The translations under genes were made by a program, and so were the position numbers. A DNA stretch of 64,000 nt from Candidatus Poseidoniales archaeon (GTDB taxonomy: Archaea; Thermoplasmatota; Poseidoniia; Poseidoniales; Poseidoniaceae), in assembly GCA_019651595.1 (NCBI GenBank), contig BOYQ01000003.1, positions 222,423 through 286,422 of the forward strand, read 5' to 3'. The notes under the pieces are model-generated. The model made no database searches. It had not been told where the DNA came from and was given only the letters and a program-made list of their open reading frames with translations. Shown here piece after piece: positions 1 through 9,952 of the stretch. Each line of letters starts with the position of its first letter. The first letter of the stretch is position 1.

Positions 1-113
1 GATTTTTGGGAACCGCTCTCGACGACAGGAACCAATACGGCCCCGTGGCCATGATGGTGCTGTTGCTCATCGTGGCCGCCATCACCGGCACGGTGATTCG
101 TATCCTCGGCTGA
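1..113 (+). CDS. 3' end of small membrane protein (partial)
   Basis: Reads ...DDRNQYGPVAMMVLLLIVAAITGTVIRILG* ending TGA at 111-113; one hydrophobic helix. Confidence 0.5.
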   Translation, partial: FLGTALDDRNQYGPVAMMVLLLIVAAITGTVIRILG

Positions 114-191
114 AGCGGACCTTTTGGCCCCGACCGAGGGGAAACATCAAACACCCGTGAGTCGGTTCATCCCCCATGAGTAAAGGGTTCG

Positions 192-620
192 GTGAACGTC
201 GAGCAGGACCTCTCACAGGACAAGCGCTGGACCATCATGGCTGCGCTGCTCGGAACCAACACGGCGTTGCTGTTGTTTCAGGGAATCGAACAAGCAAAGC
301 AACGGACAACGTCCGAGAAATTGCCCTGCCATCATCGCTGCGGCTCTTCCGTTTCAAGCGATTTACTTCCTCATCTACACCTTTCTGCTCGAGCATGAGC
401 AGCGATTGCCCCTGAACGGATCAAAAACTCGATTTGGCCTCGGCGTTGTGCCAGGTGATCCCCTTGCGTCGTTGGGCGGCGTGGCGCTGGGGGTAAACAC
501 CTCCTCGGGGGTTGGCTGTCTTTCGGCTTCTCCGTGTTCGCCATTTGTTGATTAAACGTGATGGCTCCGGTAAAAAGAGCCAGCAGTGATGGAGCGGACG
601 GGAAAAAACGCCTCCTCATG
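192..620 (+). CDS. Hypothetical membrane protein, frame-broken, end approximate
   Basis: MNVEQDLSQDKRWTIMAALLGTNTALLLFQG then hydrophobic segments (IIAAALPFQAIYFLIYTFLLEH) in shifted frames. Confidence 0.45.
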
Positions 621-663
621 AACCAGTGGGAAGGTTGATGAATCGAGCCGCATACCTCGAAGC

Positions 664-1984
664 ATGGCCTTTTGCCCACTTGATTGGTACGGCTGTGAAG
701 ATTTCAAACGCATCTGGTCGAACGGGCGACACGAGCGCCATTTGGGAAAGTTGAGCGGGCTTTGATTTGGGCCCACTGGCAATTTGGGCGGGTCCCCGAA
801 GACGATTACAACGCCGTCGCCGCCATCGCCAACCCCGAGTCCGTCCCAAGGAACGTCAGCGAAATTGAAAGGGGAAAACCGGCCCGATATCATGGCCTCC
901 CCAGGCCATCCCGAGCTGGAGGGGCCCGGGTTTGGGGCATCCCGGGGCAACGTCCAACGACATCTCGACACGGCCGTGGGTTTCCCACTCAGGCACATCG
1001 TTCTGTTGCGCCAACAGTTTGCCATCTCACCGGGTTTTGTGCCGATGTCGCCGAGCGAGGGGGGAACCGTCATCTGGGTCGAACCCAGGGTCGGGCCCGC
1101 CTAATCACCTTTGGTCTAAAAGCGGCGGTTGGCTGGATGAACTTCGCCGTCAACTGATTCCCTCGACGAGGCCGCTCCTCGTGTCGCTGTCGGTAAATTC
1201 CTCCGCCGTTTGGGACGGGTGCAGCGCAGGGCGAACACGCTCGGGAACTTCAGCGTCTCATTTTGACCCACCTCGGCTTGGGTGTACCTCTGGCCACCAC
1301 CCAGGTGGTTGGACGGGACCGGTACGTGGAGTACATGTCCTGGTTGGCAAACATTGCGACATCGTGCGAAAAGATCCTTCAGGAAATTCGAAACCTCCAA
1401 CGGTCAGAACTGGCCGAAGCCGGAGAAGGCTTTGACGTGAAGAAGCAGGTGGGATCGTCCACCATGGCGCACAAGAAAAACCCCATTAAGTCTGAAAACG
1501 CCTCCGGCCTTGCCCGCATCGTTCGTTCGTTCATCATTCCAACGTACGAGAATGCGTTGCTGTGGCACGAGCGCGACCTGGCCAACTCCAGCAGCGAGCG
1601 CTTCACCTTGTCCCACGCGCCAACGCTCGCCGAGGACGTGATGGCAAAAACCGCCGATGTTCTGACCAACATGTGGGTGGACAAGGACCGCTGCCTGGCG
1701 AACATTCACTCGCAAAAGGGTCTCGTGATGGCCGAGAAGGTGATGATCGAGCTGGTCGACCACGGCGTCCCACGGGACGAAGCCCACGAGGTCTTGAGGG
1801 AGGCCTCGTTCACCGCCTTGGCAAACGATGAGGAACTCATCGATGTCTGCAGTCGCACACCGGCCATTTCTGCAGCTTTTCCGCCGAGGAACTCGAAGCG
1901 ATGTTTGACCCGATGAATCACGTCGGTGTCGCTGGTGAAATCGTCGACGAGTGCGTGGCACTGGCGCGAGAAGCCGTTCAATGA
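664..1984 (+). CDS. purB: Adenylosuccinate lyase (multiple indels, 5' half garbled)
   Basis: Signature GSSTMAHKKNPIKSEN and LWHERDLANSSSER in ORF 1263-1916; N-term MAFCPLD..YG.EDFKRIWS from 664; true stop at 1984 in another frame. Confidence 0.9.
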
Positions 1985-2620
1985 ACGGCGTAATGCCCCC
2001 GAACACCGTCCCAGTGGGTGGTTCCTTTGACCTCCAGTCTGCCGTTCATGTGAGGTCCGCCCACGACAAGCGTTTCGTATTCGCCGCCTTCACCTTCCAC
2101 GTGAAATCGGTGCTTCGCAGCAAGTTGAGCCAGTTCCTCGAAGGTCTCGGGTGTTAGGATGCGGCCCAACCATGCATCGGTCAGCCCCTCGGCTGAGACG
2201 CCGGTGATCATGATTTCAAAGCCCTGCTCAACCATGCCTTTGACGTGGTCGTGGCCGGACTGGTGCCACAACGGTGTCCAACTGACCACGCCCAAGCGTT
2301 CCGCCATCCGCTCCAGCCTGGCTTTTTGTAGTCTGACCGAAGGGCGCCGGACACAAAGCCGTCAATGTTGAGTTGGCTCAGTGCTTGTTCCAGGACCTCA
2401 ATGTCTTGGGGCACTTCTCCGCTCGTGTTGACGTTCACCCATGGGACGCCTGCGAGGGCTGCTTGCCGCTCAACCACGTGCGTGCTGGGGACCTGAAACA
2501 TCGGTGAATCTTCTCCCGTGATGGTCACGGTGACCAGGGCTTCAACCGTCCAGCCTCTGCACATCGCCCACCAAGCCGCAGCAGAATCCTTCCACCGGAG
2601 GAAAGCACGGCGACTCGCAT
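1978..2620 (-). CDS. dph6: Diphthine--ammonia ligase / PP-loop ATPase (frameshifted)
   Basis: Start MRVAVLSSGG(K)DS, GALRSDY, TPLWH, GEGGEYETLV; spans ORFs 2208-2657 and 1978-2307. Confidence 0.85.
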
Positions 2621-2770
2621 GGGTGGAGGACGGCTTCCCCTTGATGAGGGTGTTCACCTCGCAGGGTTGATACGGGACGGCGTTGAGGGAATTTTACCTC
2701 GGCGACCTTCATACCGTTCAACCCGCATCCTCATAAAGTGTCAACCGAGCCAGCAAAACGAGGTCATCAC

Positions 2771-3493
2771 ATGCAGCCCAGTGGAAGAGGATACGATCAC
2801 GGTATCACGACGTTTAGCCCCGATGGACGACTGTTTCAGGTTGAGTACGCCCGTGAATCGGTGAAGCGTGGAACAACCACCGCTGCGCTGAAGTTCAAAG
2901 ACGGCGTGGTGTTGGTCTGCGACAAGCGCATCATCAGCCGCCTCATCATCCCCGAATCCATTGAGAAGATGTTCAAGATCGACGGTCACGTCGGCATTGC
3001 AACGTCCGGCTTGGTGGCGGATGCCCGCCAACTGGTGGCCCGAGCACGCGTTGAAGCTCAAATCAACCGCATCACCTACGGAGCAACGGTCCCCGTTGAC
3101 GTGCTCGTCAAGAAAATCTGCGACTTCAAGCAATCCTTCACCCAGTACGGCGGCTCCCGTCCCTTCGGCACCGCCCTGCTCATCGGTGGCGTTGACGACA
3201 ACGGCATCCATCTTTACGAAACCGACCCGTCAGGCGCCTACCAGTCCTACCATGCAGGCGCCATTGGGAGCGGTCGCAACACCGTCATCGAATTCTTCGA
3301 GGACAACTGGAAGGAGAACATGACCCTCAACGCTGCCATGAAACTCGGGCTCGAAGCCCTTCGCTCCGCCAACGACGCCGAGCTCAACCGTGAAGCCGTT
3401 GAAGTTACCGTGGTGGACTCCAACGGCTACCGCGTGTTGGACCGTGGCGAAGTCAACAAGCAAATCGACCGCCTGAAGCCCCTCGAAGATTGA
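2771..3493 (+). CDS. psmA: Proteasome alpha subunit
   Basis: GYDHGITTFSPDGRLFQVEYA, TQYGGSRPFG, ETDPSG. Confidence 0.97.
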   Translation: MQPSGRGYDHGITTFSPDGRLFQVEYARESVKRGTTTAALKFKDGVVLVCDKRIISRLIIPESIEKMFKIDGHVGIATSGLVADARQLVARARVEAQINRITYGATVPVDVLVKKICDFKQSFTQYGGSRPFGTALLIGGVDDNGIHLYETDPSGAYQSYHAGAIGSGRNTVIEFFEDNWKENMTLNAAMKLGLEALRSANDAELNREAVEVTVVDSNGYRVLDRGEVNKQIDRLKPLED

Positions 3494-3541
3494 GGGGTAG
3501 GTTGAAGCGTCGCTCCAATCTTGGACCGGATAAGTGGTCCC

Positions 3542-4234
3542 ATGGTCAGTCTAGATGATGCCGTGCTTGCTCGCCTTGAAAAGGGAGGAAAGCGGTACGA
3601 GGTTCTCGTTGACCCCATGCTCGTCGACGTCTTCAAGGAGGATCCCGGGAGCGTTGACATCAACGATTTCCTGGCCATGGACGAAGTGTTTCACGATGCG
3701 CGCGGTGGCGAGCGCCCCACGGAAGAGGCGATCGACAAGGTGTTTGGGACCCAAGACATCGTGGCCATCACGACGATGATCCTTGAGAAAGGTTCCATCC
3801 AACTGACCACGGCCCAACGAAAGCAGATGGTCGAAAACATGCGTCAGCAAATCATCCACCGCATCCACACGGCGGCCGTTGATCCCAAAACCAAATCACC
3901 TCACCCCAAAACTCGAATTGAGTTGGCGCTCGAAGAATCACGCTACTCCGTGGACCCTTTCAAACGGCTTGAGGAACAGGTAAAGGACGCCATATCGAAA
4001 TTGAAACCCCTCATTCCACTGTCGTTTGAAACCGTGCGGCTTGCGTTCAAAGTACCGGGTTCTGCCTATGGTTCAGTGTCCCAACTTCTCCGTTCCCGTC
4101 AGCAAAAAGAGGGTTGGCTTGAGGACGGCTCTTGGGCGTGTGTCATCGAATGCCCGGCTGGGATGAAGGGCGAAATCATCGGTCAGGTGATGCGGAGAAG
4201 TTCCGAGGCTGAAGTCAAGGAACTTGGTTCTTGA
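3542..4234 (+). CDS. sbds: Ribosome maturation protein SBDS/Sdo1
   Basis: ARLEKGGKRYEVLVDP, IQLTTAQRK, DPKTKSPHPKTRIE; canonical position after psmA. Confidence 0.95.
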   Translation: MVSLDDAVLARLEKGGKRYEVLVDPMLVDVFKEDPGSVDINDFLAMDEVFHDARGGERPTEEAIDKVFGTQDIVAITTMILEKGSIQLTTAQRKQMVENMRQQIIHRIHTAAVDPKTKSPHPKTRIELALEESRYSVDPFKRLEEQVKDAISKLKPLIPLSFETVRLAFKVPGSAYGSVSQLLRSRQQKEGWLEDGSWACVIECPAGMKGEIIGQVMRRSSEAEVKELGS

Positions 4235-4297
4235 ATGCCGTGGCCTTAGGGTGGCCTTTATCATGGGTCGGCGAGTGGCCGGGTCGGAGAGAAAAGA

Positions 4298-4987
4298 ATG
4301 TCCCAAGGTCAAGTCGGCGCCGAGCAGCGCCTTGTGACCCCGGGAATGGCCGTTGGGCCATCCGCCGGGAAGCGAGCAGGCAGCGGAATCATCGCTGCCG
4401 AAGAATCCTTTGTAGCCACACAACTTGGATGGCTGCGTGAACGAAACAACACGGTTTCGGTTGACCCCATCAACGCTGCCTACATGCCCCGCTCCGGCGA
4501 CCTCGTCGTCGGCGTTGTGGCCGAGGTGCGAAACAATTTGTGGTTCATGGACATCAACGGTTCGTTCCAGGGCTTGCTTCCCATGTCCCTCGCTCCGTGG
4601 AAGGTCGAATTCGGAGCAGCACGTCAACACATGGACGTCGGCGACGTCGTCCTGGCTCGTGTTCAGGAAGTCGACGAGTGCCACAACGTGGTCTTGACCA
4701 TGAAGGGCGTCGGCCTCCGTCGCCTCAATCAAGGTGCTGTTGAAGAAATTCCCGTTCAGCACATCGACCGAGTTCGAGGCGACAACAACGCCCTCCTTCA
4801 GCGGATGCGGGATGCTTCAGATTGCCGCATCATGGTCGGCGAAAACGGTCGAGCCTGGATTGACGGTTCGTCCGAAGGCATCGCATGGGCACGAAAGGCG
4901 CTCCAGCGACTTGTCAGCGAAGGTCATACGACGGCCTTCGAAACGATTCTCAACGAAATGGAAAACAAAACGAAAGGTGATGCATGA
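4298..4987 (+). CDS. rrp4: Exosome RNA-binding subunit Rrp4
   Basis: LVTPG, YMPRSGDLVVGVV (S1), IMVGENGRAWI (KH); operon context. Confidence 0.93.
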   Translation: MSQGQVGAEQRLVTPGMAVGPSAGKRAGSGIIAAEESFVATQLGWLRERNNTVSVDPINAAYMPRSGDLVVGVVAEVRNNLWFMDINGSFQGLLPMSLAPWKVEFGAARQHMDVGDVVLARVQEVDECHNVVLTMKGVGLRRLNQGAVEEIPVQHIDRVRGDNNALLQRMRDASDCRIMVGENGRAWIDGSSEGIAWARKALQRLVSEGHTTAFETILNEMENKTKGDA

Positions 4988-5715
4988 TGGGTGGATATGG
5001 AGATGTACAATTGCTGAACGACGACGGCAGTCGTCTTGACGGACGGAAAGTTGACGAAATGCGTGAGGTGACCATCGAAGCCGGTGTGTTGCCTGCTGCT
5101 GACGGCTCCGCCATGGTCACCCACGGGCTCAACGTGGCCGTCGCTGCGGTGTACGGTCCCATGGAGGCCCACCCCCGGAAAATCCAACGACAAGACCGAG
5201 CCGTCATCGACGTGCGCTACAACATGGCACCGTTCTCGACCTCGGACCGCATTCGCCCTGGATTTAATCGCCGCTCTCGTGAGATTTCCAAGGTCACGGC
5301 CGAAGCGCTCGAATCCGTTGTTTTGGTCGAACGCTATCCTCGCTCGAAAATTCGCGTTGAAATTGAAATCCTTGCGGCTGAAGCAGGCACCCGTTGCGCC
5401 GGCATCACCGCCGCTTCCGTCGCCTTGGCCGATGCCGGTATTCCCATGCGGGACATGCTGGTTGGCGTCGCATCCGGCAAGATCGAAGACACCGTTGTCC
5501 TCGACCTTGACAAGGCAGAGGACAATTACGGACAAGCTGACCTTCCTGTCGGCATTTTGCCCAACACGGGTGAAATCGCTTTCCTGCAAATGGACGGCGA
5601 CCTCTCGCCAGCAGAATACGAACTCGCCATGGAATACAACTTCAAGGCCGCCAAGGAAATCCACGAAATCATGGTGGATGCCCTGCAACGCCGCTACGAC
5701 GGAGGTGAGGCCTGA
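4984..5715 (+). CDS. rrp41: Exosome exonuclease Rrp41
   Basis: RLDGRKVDEMR, YNMAPFST, RRSREISKV, catalytic LDLDKAEDNYGQAD. Confidence 0.97.
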   Translation: MMGGYGDVQLLNDDGSRLDGRKVDEMREVTIEAGVLPAADGSAMVTHGLNVAVAAVYGPMEAHPRKIQRQDRAVIDVRYNMAPFSTSDRIRPGFNRRSREISKVTAEALESVVLVERYPRSKIRVEIEILAAEAGTRCAGITAASVALADAGIPMRDMLVGVASGKIEDTVVLDLDKAEDNYGQADLPVGILPNTGEIAFLQMDGDLSPAEYELAMEYNFKAAKEIHEIMVDALQRRYDGGEA

Positions 5716-6500
5716 TGGTCGAACTCGTCCCGTCCCTGTTGCGACAAGAACTCGCTCGGCTCGCTGAAGAAAGCCAACGCATCGACGGCCGTGGTCAGTG
5801 GGACACCCGGGAGGTTTCGCTTGAAACCAACTGCCTGTACAACGCCGAGGGCTCGGCCAAAGTCGTGATGGGCGGTACCGTCGTTTATGCCGGTGTAAAA
5901 TTCGAACTTCGCACCCCGTGGCCCGACCGCCCAACCCAAGGTTCGCTCATGTGCGGTGCTGAACTTCGCCCCGTCGCTGGCCGGAAATACGAACCCGGCC
6001 CCCCTTCGCCCGAATCCATTGAGTTGGGTCGAGTGGTTGACCGTGGTATCCGAGAGTCCGGCTGCATCGACATGGAGAGCCTCTGCATCGTTCCTGGCGA
6101 GAAAGTCTGGGGCGTCATGATTGACATTCACGTTATGTCCGACCAAGGCAACATCTTCGACGCCTGCGGCTTGGCAGCCATCGCTGCGCTTCGCACTGCG
6201 GTGGTCCCGGCTGAGCGCTTTGACGTCGGTGAAGACCACACCTTGCAGGTGAACGGCACGCCGATCATGGCCTCGTTTACCCGTGTTGGCGGTCGATTTG
6301 TTCTGGATGCCAACGACCAAGAGGAACTGGGTGGCGACGAACGCATCCACATCACCTTGGGCGATGAGGGGCACCTCCACTCGCTACAGAAGGGGCTAAA
6401 AGGGGTGTTCACTCCCGCCGAGTTTGCCGAGATCTTTGATGTGGCACAACAACGATGCGTGGAACTTCGAGAACTCGTGGCAAGCAAGGAGGGGAACTGA
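5715..6500 (+). CDS. rrp42: Exosome subunit Rrp42
   Basis: RIDGR, NAEGSA, EPGPP, IELGRVVDRGIRES, DQGNIFDA. Confidence 0.96.
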   Translation: MVELVPSLLRQELARLAEESQRIDGRGQWDTREVSLETNCLYNAEGSAKVVMGGTVVYAGVKFELRTPWPDRPTQGSLMCGAELRPVAGRKYEPGPPSPESIELGRVVDRGIRESGCIDMESLCIVPGEKVWGVMIDIHVMSDQGNIFDACGLAAIAALRTAVVPAERFDVGEDHTLQVNGTPIMASFTRVGGRFVLDANDQEELGGDERIHITLGDEGHLHSLQKGLKGVFTPAEFAEIFDVAQQRCVELRELVASKEGN

Positions 6501-6863
6501 TTGGCAAAGCGAACACAAAAAGCCGGCGCAACCGCACGATTTGGTGCACGATACGGTGTGTCCGTCCGTCGAAATGCTGGCTCGGCTATGGCTAAGCGAT
6601 CCCGCAAGTACACGTGCCCCGTTTGCCAGTACCAAAAGGTCGAACGGCAATCCGTCGGCATTTGGTGCTGCAAGAAGTGCGGCCACACCTTCGCCGGTGG
6701 AGCTTGGGAACCGTTTACCCGTGCTTCCGACGCCAACAACCGTATTCTCCGCCGCTCTGTTGACGGTGCGACGACCGCTGACATGGCCTTCATTGCACAA
6801 GAAGCCGCCATGAACTACGAGCGGGAACTGGCCAACCGGCCCAGTTTGGAAGAAGAAGAGTGA
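6501..6863 (+). CDS. rpl37ae: Ribosomal protein L37ae (eL43) with acidic C-terminal extension
   Basis: ARFGARYGVSVRR, CPVC..GIWCCKKC..FAGGAW; TTG start. Confidence 0.96.
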   Translation: MAKRTQKAGATARFGARYGVSVRRNAGSAMAKRSRKYTCPVCQYQKVERQSVGIWCCKKCGHTFAGGAWEPFTRASDANNRILRRSVDGATTADMAFIAQEAAMNYERELANRPSLEEEE

Positions 6864-6882
6864 GCACACTCCGGTGGTGCCC

Positions 6883-7107
6883 ATGTGGGATTTGACGCTT
6901 CAAGTGCGGTCCCGGACGGCCACGGACACCAAAGCACTCGCAGCGTGCCTCGCTACCGATTGCGAAACGACGTGGCTCGATGACGACTCGTTCACCATTG
7001 AGCTTCAAGAAGCGGCTTGCAAAGACCTCCGCGCCATGTGGAACACGAGGCTTCGAGGTCTCATTGCGACCGACTCGGTCCTCCAGGTGTTCGGAAAGCA
7101 TTCTTGA
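6883..7107 (+). CDS. pcc1: Pcc1-like (KEOPS) small protein
   Basis: FTIELQEAACKDLRAMWNTRLRGL resembles the Pcc1 DLRAxxNSxLR helix; syntenic position. Confidence 0.6.
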   Translation: MWDLTLQVRSRTATDTKALAACLATDCETTWLDDDSFTIELQEAACKDLRAMWNTRLRGLIATDSVLQVFGKHS

Positions 7108-7139
7108 ACCCCGGTCCATGTGGCATCACCGGTGAGCCC

Positions 7140-7457
7140 ATGGCCCAAATTGACCAACTCCAACTCGTCGTCGCTGAGGTCCAAGCCGCTCGTCAACAGG
7201 TGAGCAGCGTTCGTGCACAGGTTCAGGAACTTGAAGGCACCATCGTCGCGGTTGAATCGCAACCTGAAGACATGGCCCTGCACCGGCAGATGGGAGGCGT
7301 TCTCATCGAGGTTGCCGACCGAGCCGCTTTGCTGGCCGATCTGAATGAAACCCTGGCGTCCCTCAAGGTCCATTTGGAACGGTTTTCGGAACGAGAAAAG
7401 CAGTTGATTCAAACCTACGACGAACTCAAACAATCCCTGCAGGGTGCTCAAGAATGA
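7140..7457 (+). CDS. pfdB: Prefoldin beta subunit
   Basis: Coiled coil - LHRQMGGVLIE hairpin - coiled coil, ~105 aa; syntenic position. Confidence 0.85.
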   Translation: MAQIDQLQLVVAEVQAARQQVSSVRAQVQELEGTIVAVESQPEDMALHRQMGGVLIEVADRAALLADLNETLASLKVHLERFSEREKQLIQTYDELKQSLQGAQE

Positions 7458-8464
7458 GGGACCCAGATGTCGGGGAAACGGAGGAACTCCTCCAACTCCA
7501 CGCCTGGTTGGAAGAGCGAACATCCCTCGGACCGGTTGCGGTCGTGTCGGGGAAAAACGGTGACATGGACACCGTAGGTTCGGCCATTGCTTTGGCCGCA
7601 ACGCATCCCAACATGATGGCATGCGGGGTTCACGTCGGGCGAACTGCTCAACGCTATGTGGAGCGGCATCAGGCTCCTTTTCGAACGCTGAACGCCGGTG
7701 TTCCAGCGTGGCCTAAACGCCTTGCTGGTATCGTCGTGGTGGATGCTGCGGCGCCGGACCAGACCGGCTTGTCCCTCCCCGATGTTCCACTTTGCATCGT
7801 TGACCATCACGCCACGGATTCGTGGAACCTCGGCGATGGAGACCTTTGCTTGAAGTGGGACGTCCGGTCAACCACCGAGGTGGTTTCGATGTACCTTGAA
7901 CACCATGTTCCAACGGCGATGACGCCGCCTGTTTGTGAATTTCTTCTCGCCGGCTTGGTCACCGACACCGGTCGTTTTCGTCACGCCGACAGTCGTGCCT
8001 TTCGGACGGCTGCTCGCCTGATCGACCGTGGAAACGTTGACTATCAAGCCTTCATTCAAGCAATGGAAGACGCCCCAACTTCACCAAGCGACCGTGGAGC
8101 CATCCTGCGCGGACTGCAACGCGCCGAAACCACGGAGGCCGGGCCATGGACCGTCCTGCGGACCACCTCCGGCACGCTGGAAGGTCGGGTGGCAACCCTG
8201 CTCAACGGTCTTGGTGCGGACGCCGTGGTGGTGACTCGCGCTCGAGACGGCACCACCCGCCTCACGGTGAGAGCCCCACGTTCGAGCGTCCTCGCCGGCC
8301 TTCACATGGGTGAAATCATGGAGGAGGTTGCACGGTCCCTCGGTGGTGAGGGTGGCGGTCATGATGGGGCCGCTGGGTGGTCGGGCGATGCCCATCCGGT
8401 CGCTGCTGAAACAGCCTTTATTGATGCCGTGGCTCGCGTCCCAAGAAACGAGGTGAAACCATGA
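7454..8464 (+). CDS. DHH family phosphoesterase
   Basis: NGDMDTVGS, VVVDA, IVDHH, GLVTDTGRF, GGGHDGAAG. Confidence 0.92.
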   Translation: MRDPDVGETEELLQLHAWLEERTSLGPVAVVSGKNGDMDTVGSAIALAATHPNMMACGVHVGRTAQRYVERHQAPFRTLNAGVPAWPKRLAGIVVVDAAAPDQTGLSLPDVPLCIVDHHATDSWNLGDGDLCLKWDVRSTTEVVSMYLEHHVPTAMTPPVCEFLLAGLVTDTGRFRHADSRAFRTAARLIDRGNVDYQAFIQAMEDAPTSPSDRGAILRGLQRAETTEAGPWTVLRTTSGTLEGRVATLLNGLGADAVVVTRARDGTTRLTVRAPRSSVLAGLHMGEIMEEVARSLGGEGGGHDGAAGWSGDAHPVAAETAFIDAVARVPRNEVKP

Positions 8465-9531
8465 CCGTCATCGAACCGCCCAAGGGTCCGGGGAGCTTTG
8501 TTTCACGGTGGCGGACCGAAGGTCCTGTGGACAGTGATATCCTGGCCATGTGGAAAGAGGAACTGGACTGGCCTTCGTGGTTGTCGTTGGCGGAAGCTGC
8601 TCTGTTCATGGATGCACCCGAACTTTTGGACGCCATGGCGTCGCACCTCACGGCGGGTGAAGAAGCCGTCCTGGGGCTGATTCGGCGCCGATGGCTGGGC
8701 GACACCCATCTTGGTGAAGCGATTGAAAACGCTCTCACCGTGGTCAGGACGCCGGAAACCCGTGATTTGGCCCTCGAAGGGCGTCTGCGCATGGAGCGAG
8801 GCTTGGTTCGTTTTGAGGAGGGTGACGTTGAAGGCGCCGAAGAGGACCTCACGTGGGCCGAAACCCGCCTGAAATCCGTCGCCAAGGCCAGCAGAGACCA
8901 CGACCTTTCCCTGTTGAACAAAGCGGCCTTCCACATGGCGCAAGGTGAGGCTCTGATGGCGCTTCAGGTGTACGGAGATATTTCCAGAAAAGCCGGACAC
9001 GCCCACGAAACCATCGCTATTTCCAGGCTCGGTGCAAGTCGGATTCGCAACGCTTTGGGCCATGTGTTTGATGCTGCACGCCACGCTTGGAACGCTCACA
9101 AACACGCCATGTTGGCCGTCCAACATCAAATGGCCATCGAAGCCGGTTCCCTTTTCCTCGACATCGCCAGTGGCCATCAGTCCGAGGATGCAAAACCGAT
9201 GCACGTTCAGGTTGAAGAAGCGAAACCGCTGGATTTGGAACAAGACCCACCGGTTCTTACCGTCCACCCTGACGACATCAACGGGGTGTTCGACTGGTGT
9301 GTTGATCATCTGGAGCCCGGATGGGGTGGCCTGGACCGGCCGGCAGTTCGAGCCATGTTGACTCACGCGCATCGCTTGGAAAAAATGAACCGATTCGACG
9401 GTCTCATGAACCAACCCTCGCTGGTCGAAGACCCCATGTTAGCGGCGGTGGCTCAGGCTTGCGCCACGACACCCGAAGACACGGAACGGTGGGGGAAACG
9501 GTTGGCGGAACTGACCATGCTCGGCGAATAA
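8461..9531 (+). CDS. Hypothetical all-helical TPR-like protein
   Basis: 356-aa ORF overlapping DHH stop; RGLVRFEEGDVEGAEEDL and KAAFHMAQGEALMALQVY look TPR-like. Confidence 0.7.
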   Translation: MTVIEPPKGPGSFVSRWRTEGPVDSDILAMWKEELDWPSWLSLAEAALFMDAPELLDAMASHLTAGEEAVLGLIRRRWLGDTHLGEAIENALTVVRTPETRDLALEGRLRMERGLVRFEEGDVEGAEEDLTWAETRLKSVAKASRDHDLSLLNKAAFHMAQGEALMALQVYGDISRKAGHAHETIAISRLGASRIRNALGHVFDAARHAWNAHKHAMLAVQHQMAIEAGSLFLDIASGHQSEDAKPMHVQVEEAKPLDLEQDPPVLTVHPDDINGVFDWCVDHLEPGWGGLDRPAVRAMLTHAHRLEKMNRFDGLMNQPSLVEDPMLAAVAQACATTPEDTERWGKRLAELTMLGE

Positions 9532-9546
9532 CGAGTGAGCTTCGAC

Positions 9547-9948
9547 TCAGGGCCTGGCGAAGATGGTGGCTAAGTCTTCAAATTCCTCAACGGTCCAAGC
9601 CTTCACCGGCGGAACTTCATCCCACCATTGGACGGCATGGACGCTGTCGTCCGATACGGTCCATGCCCGTCGGTCGTCGTCTGCGACCACCACGTGAGCC
9701 ACCCAACCCTCGGGATAGTAGGTTGTGTTCCAGCGAACGAGGTGGCCGCTGAGTCCCGTCTCTTCCTTCAGTTCGCGGTGCAGGGCTTGTTCGGGTGTCT
9801 CACCCGATTCGAGGTGACCTCCCGGGATTTCCCATCCACGTTTTGGATGTTCGACAAACAACACTTCACCGCCTTCTCCCATCATGGTACACGGCTGCCC
9901 CTCTCGCGTCACCCACGCCAGCACGAATCGAGGTTGTTCGTTCGTCAT
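9547..9948 (-). CDS. NUDIX hydrolase
   Basis: Nudix box PGGHLESGETPEQALHRELKEETGL. Confidence 0.92.
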   Translation of the reverse strand: MTNEQPRFVLAWVTREGQPCTMMGEGGEVLFVEHPKRGWEIPGGHLESGETPEQALHRELKEETGLSGHLVRWNTTYYPEGWVAHVVVADDDRRAWTVSDDSVHAVQWWDEVPPVKAWTVEEFEDLATIFARP

Positions 9949-9952
9949 GTGC

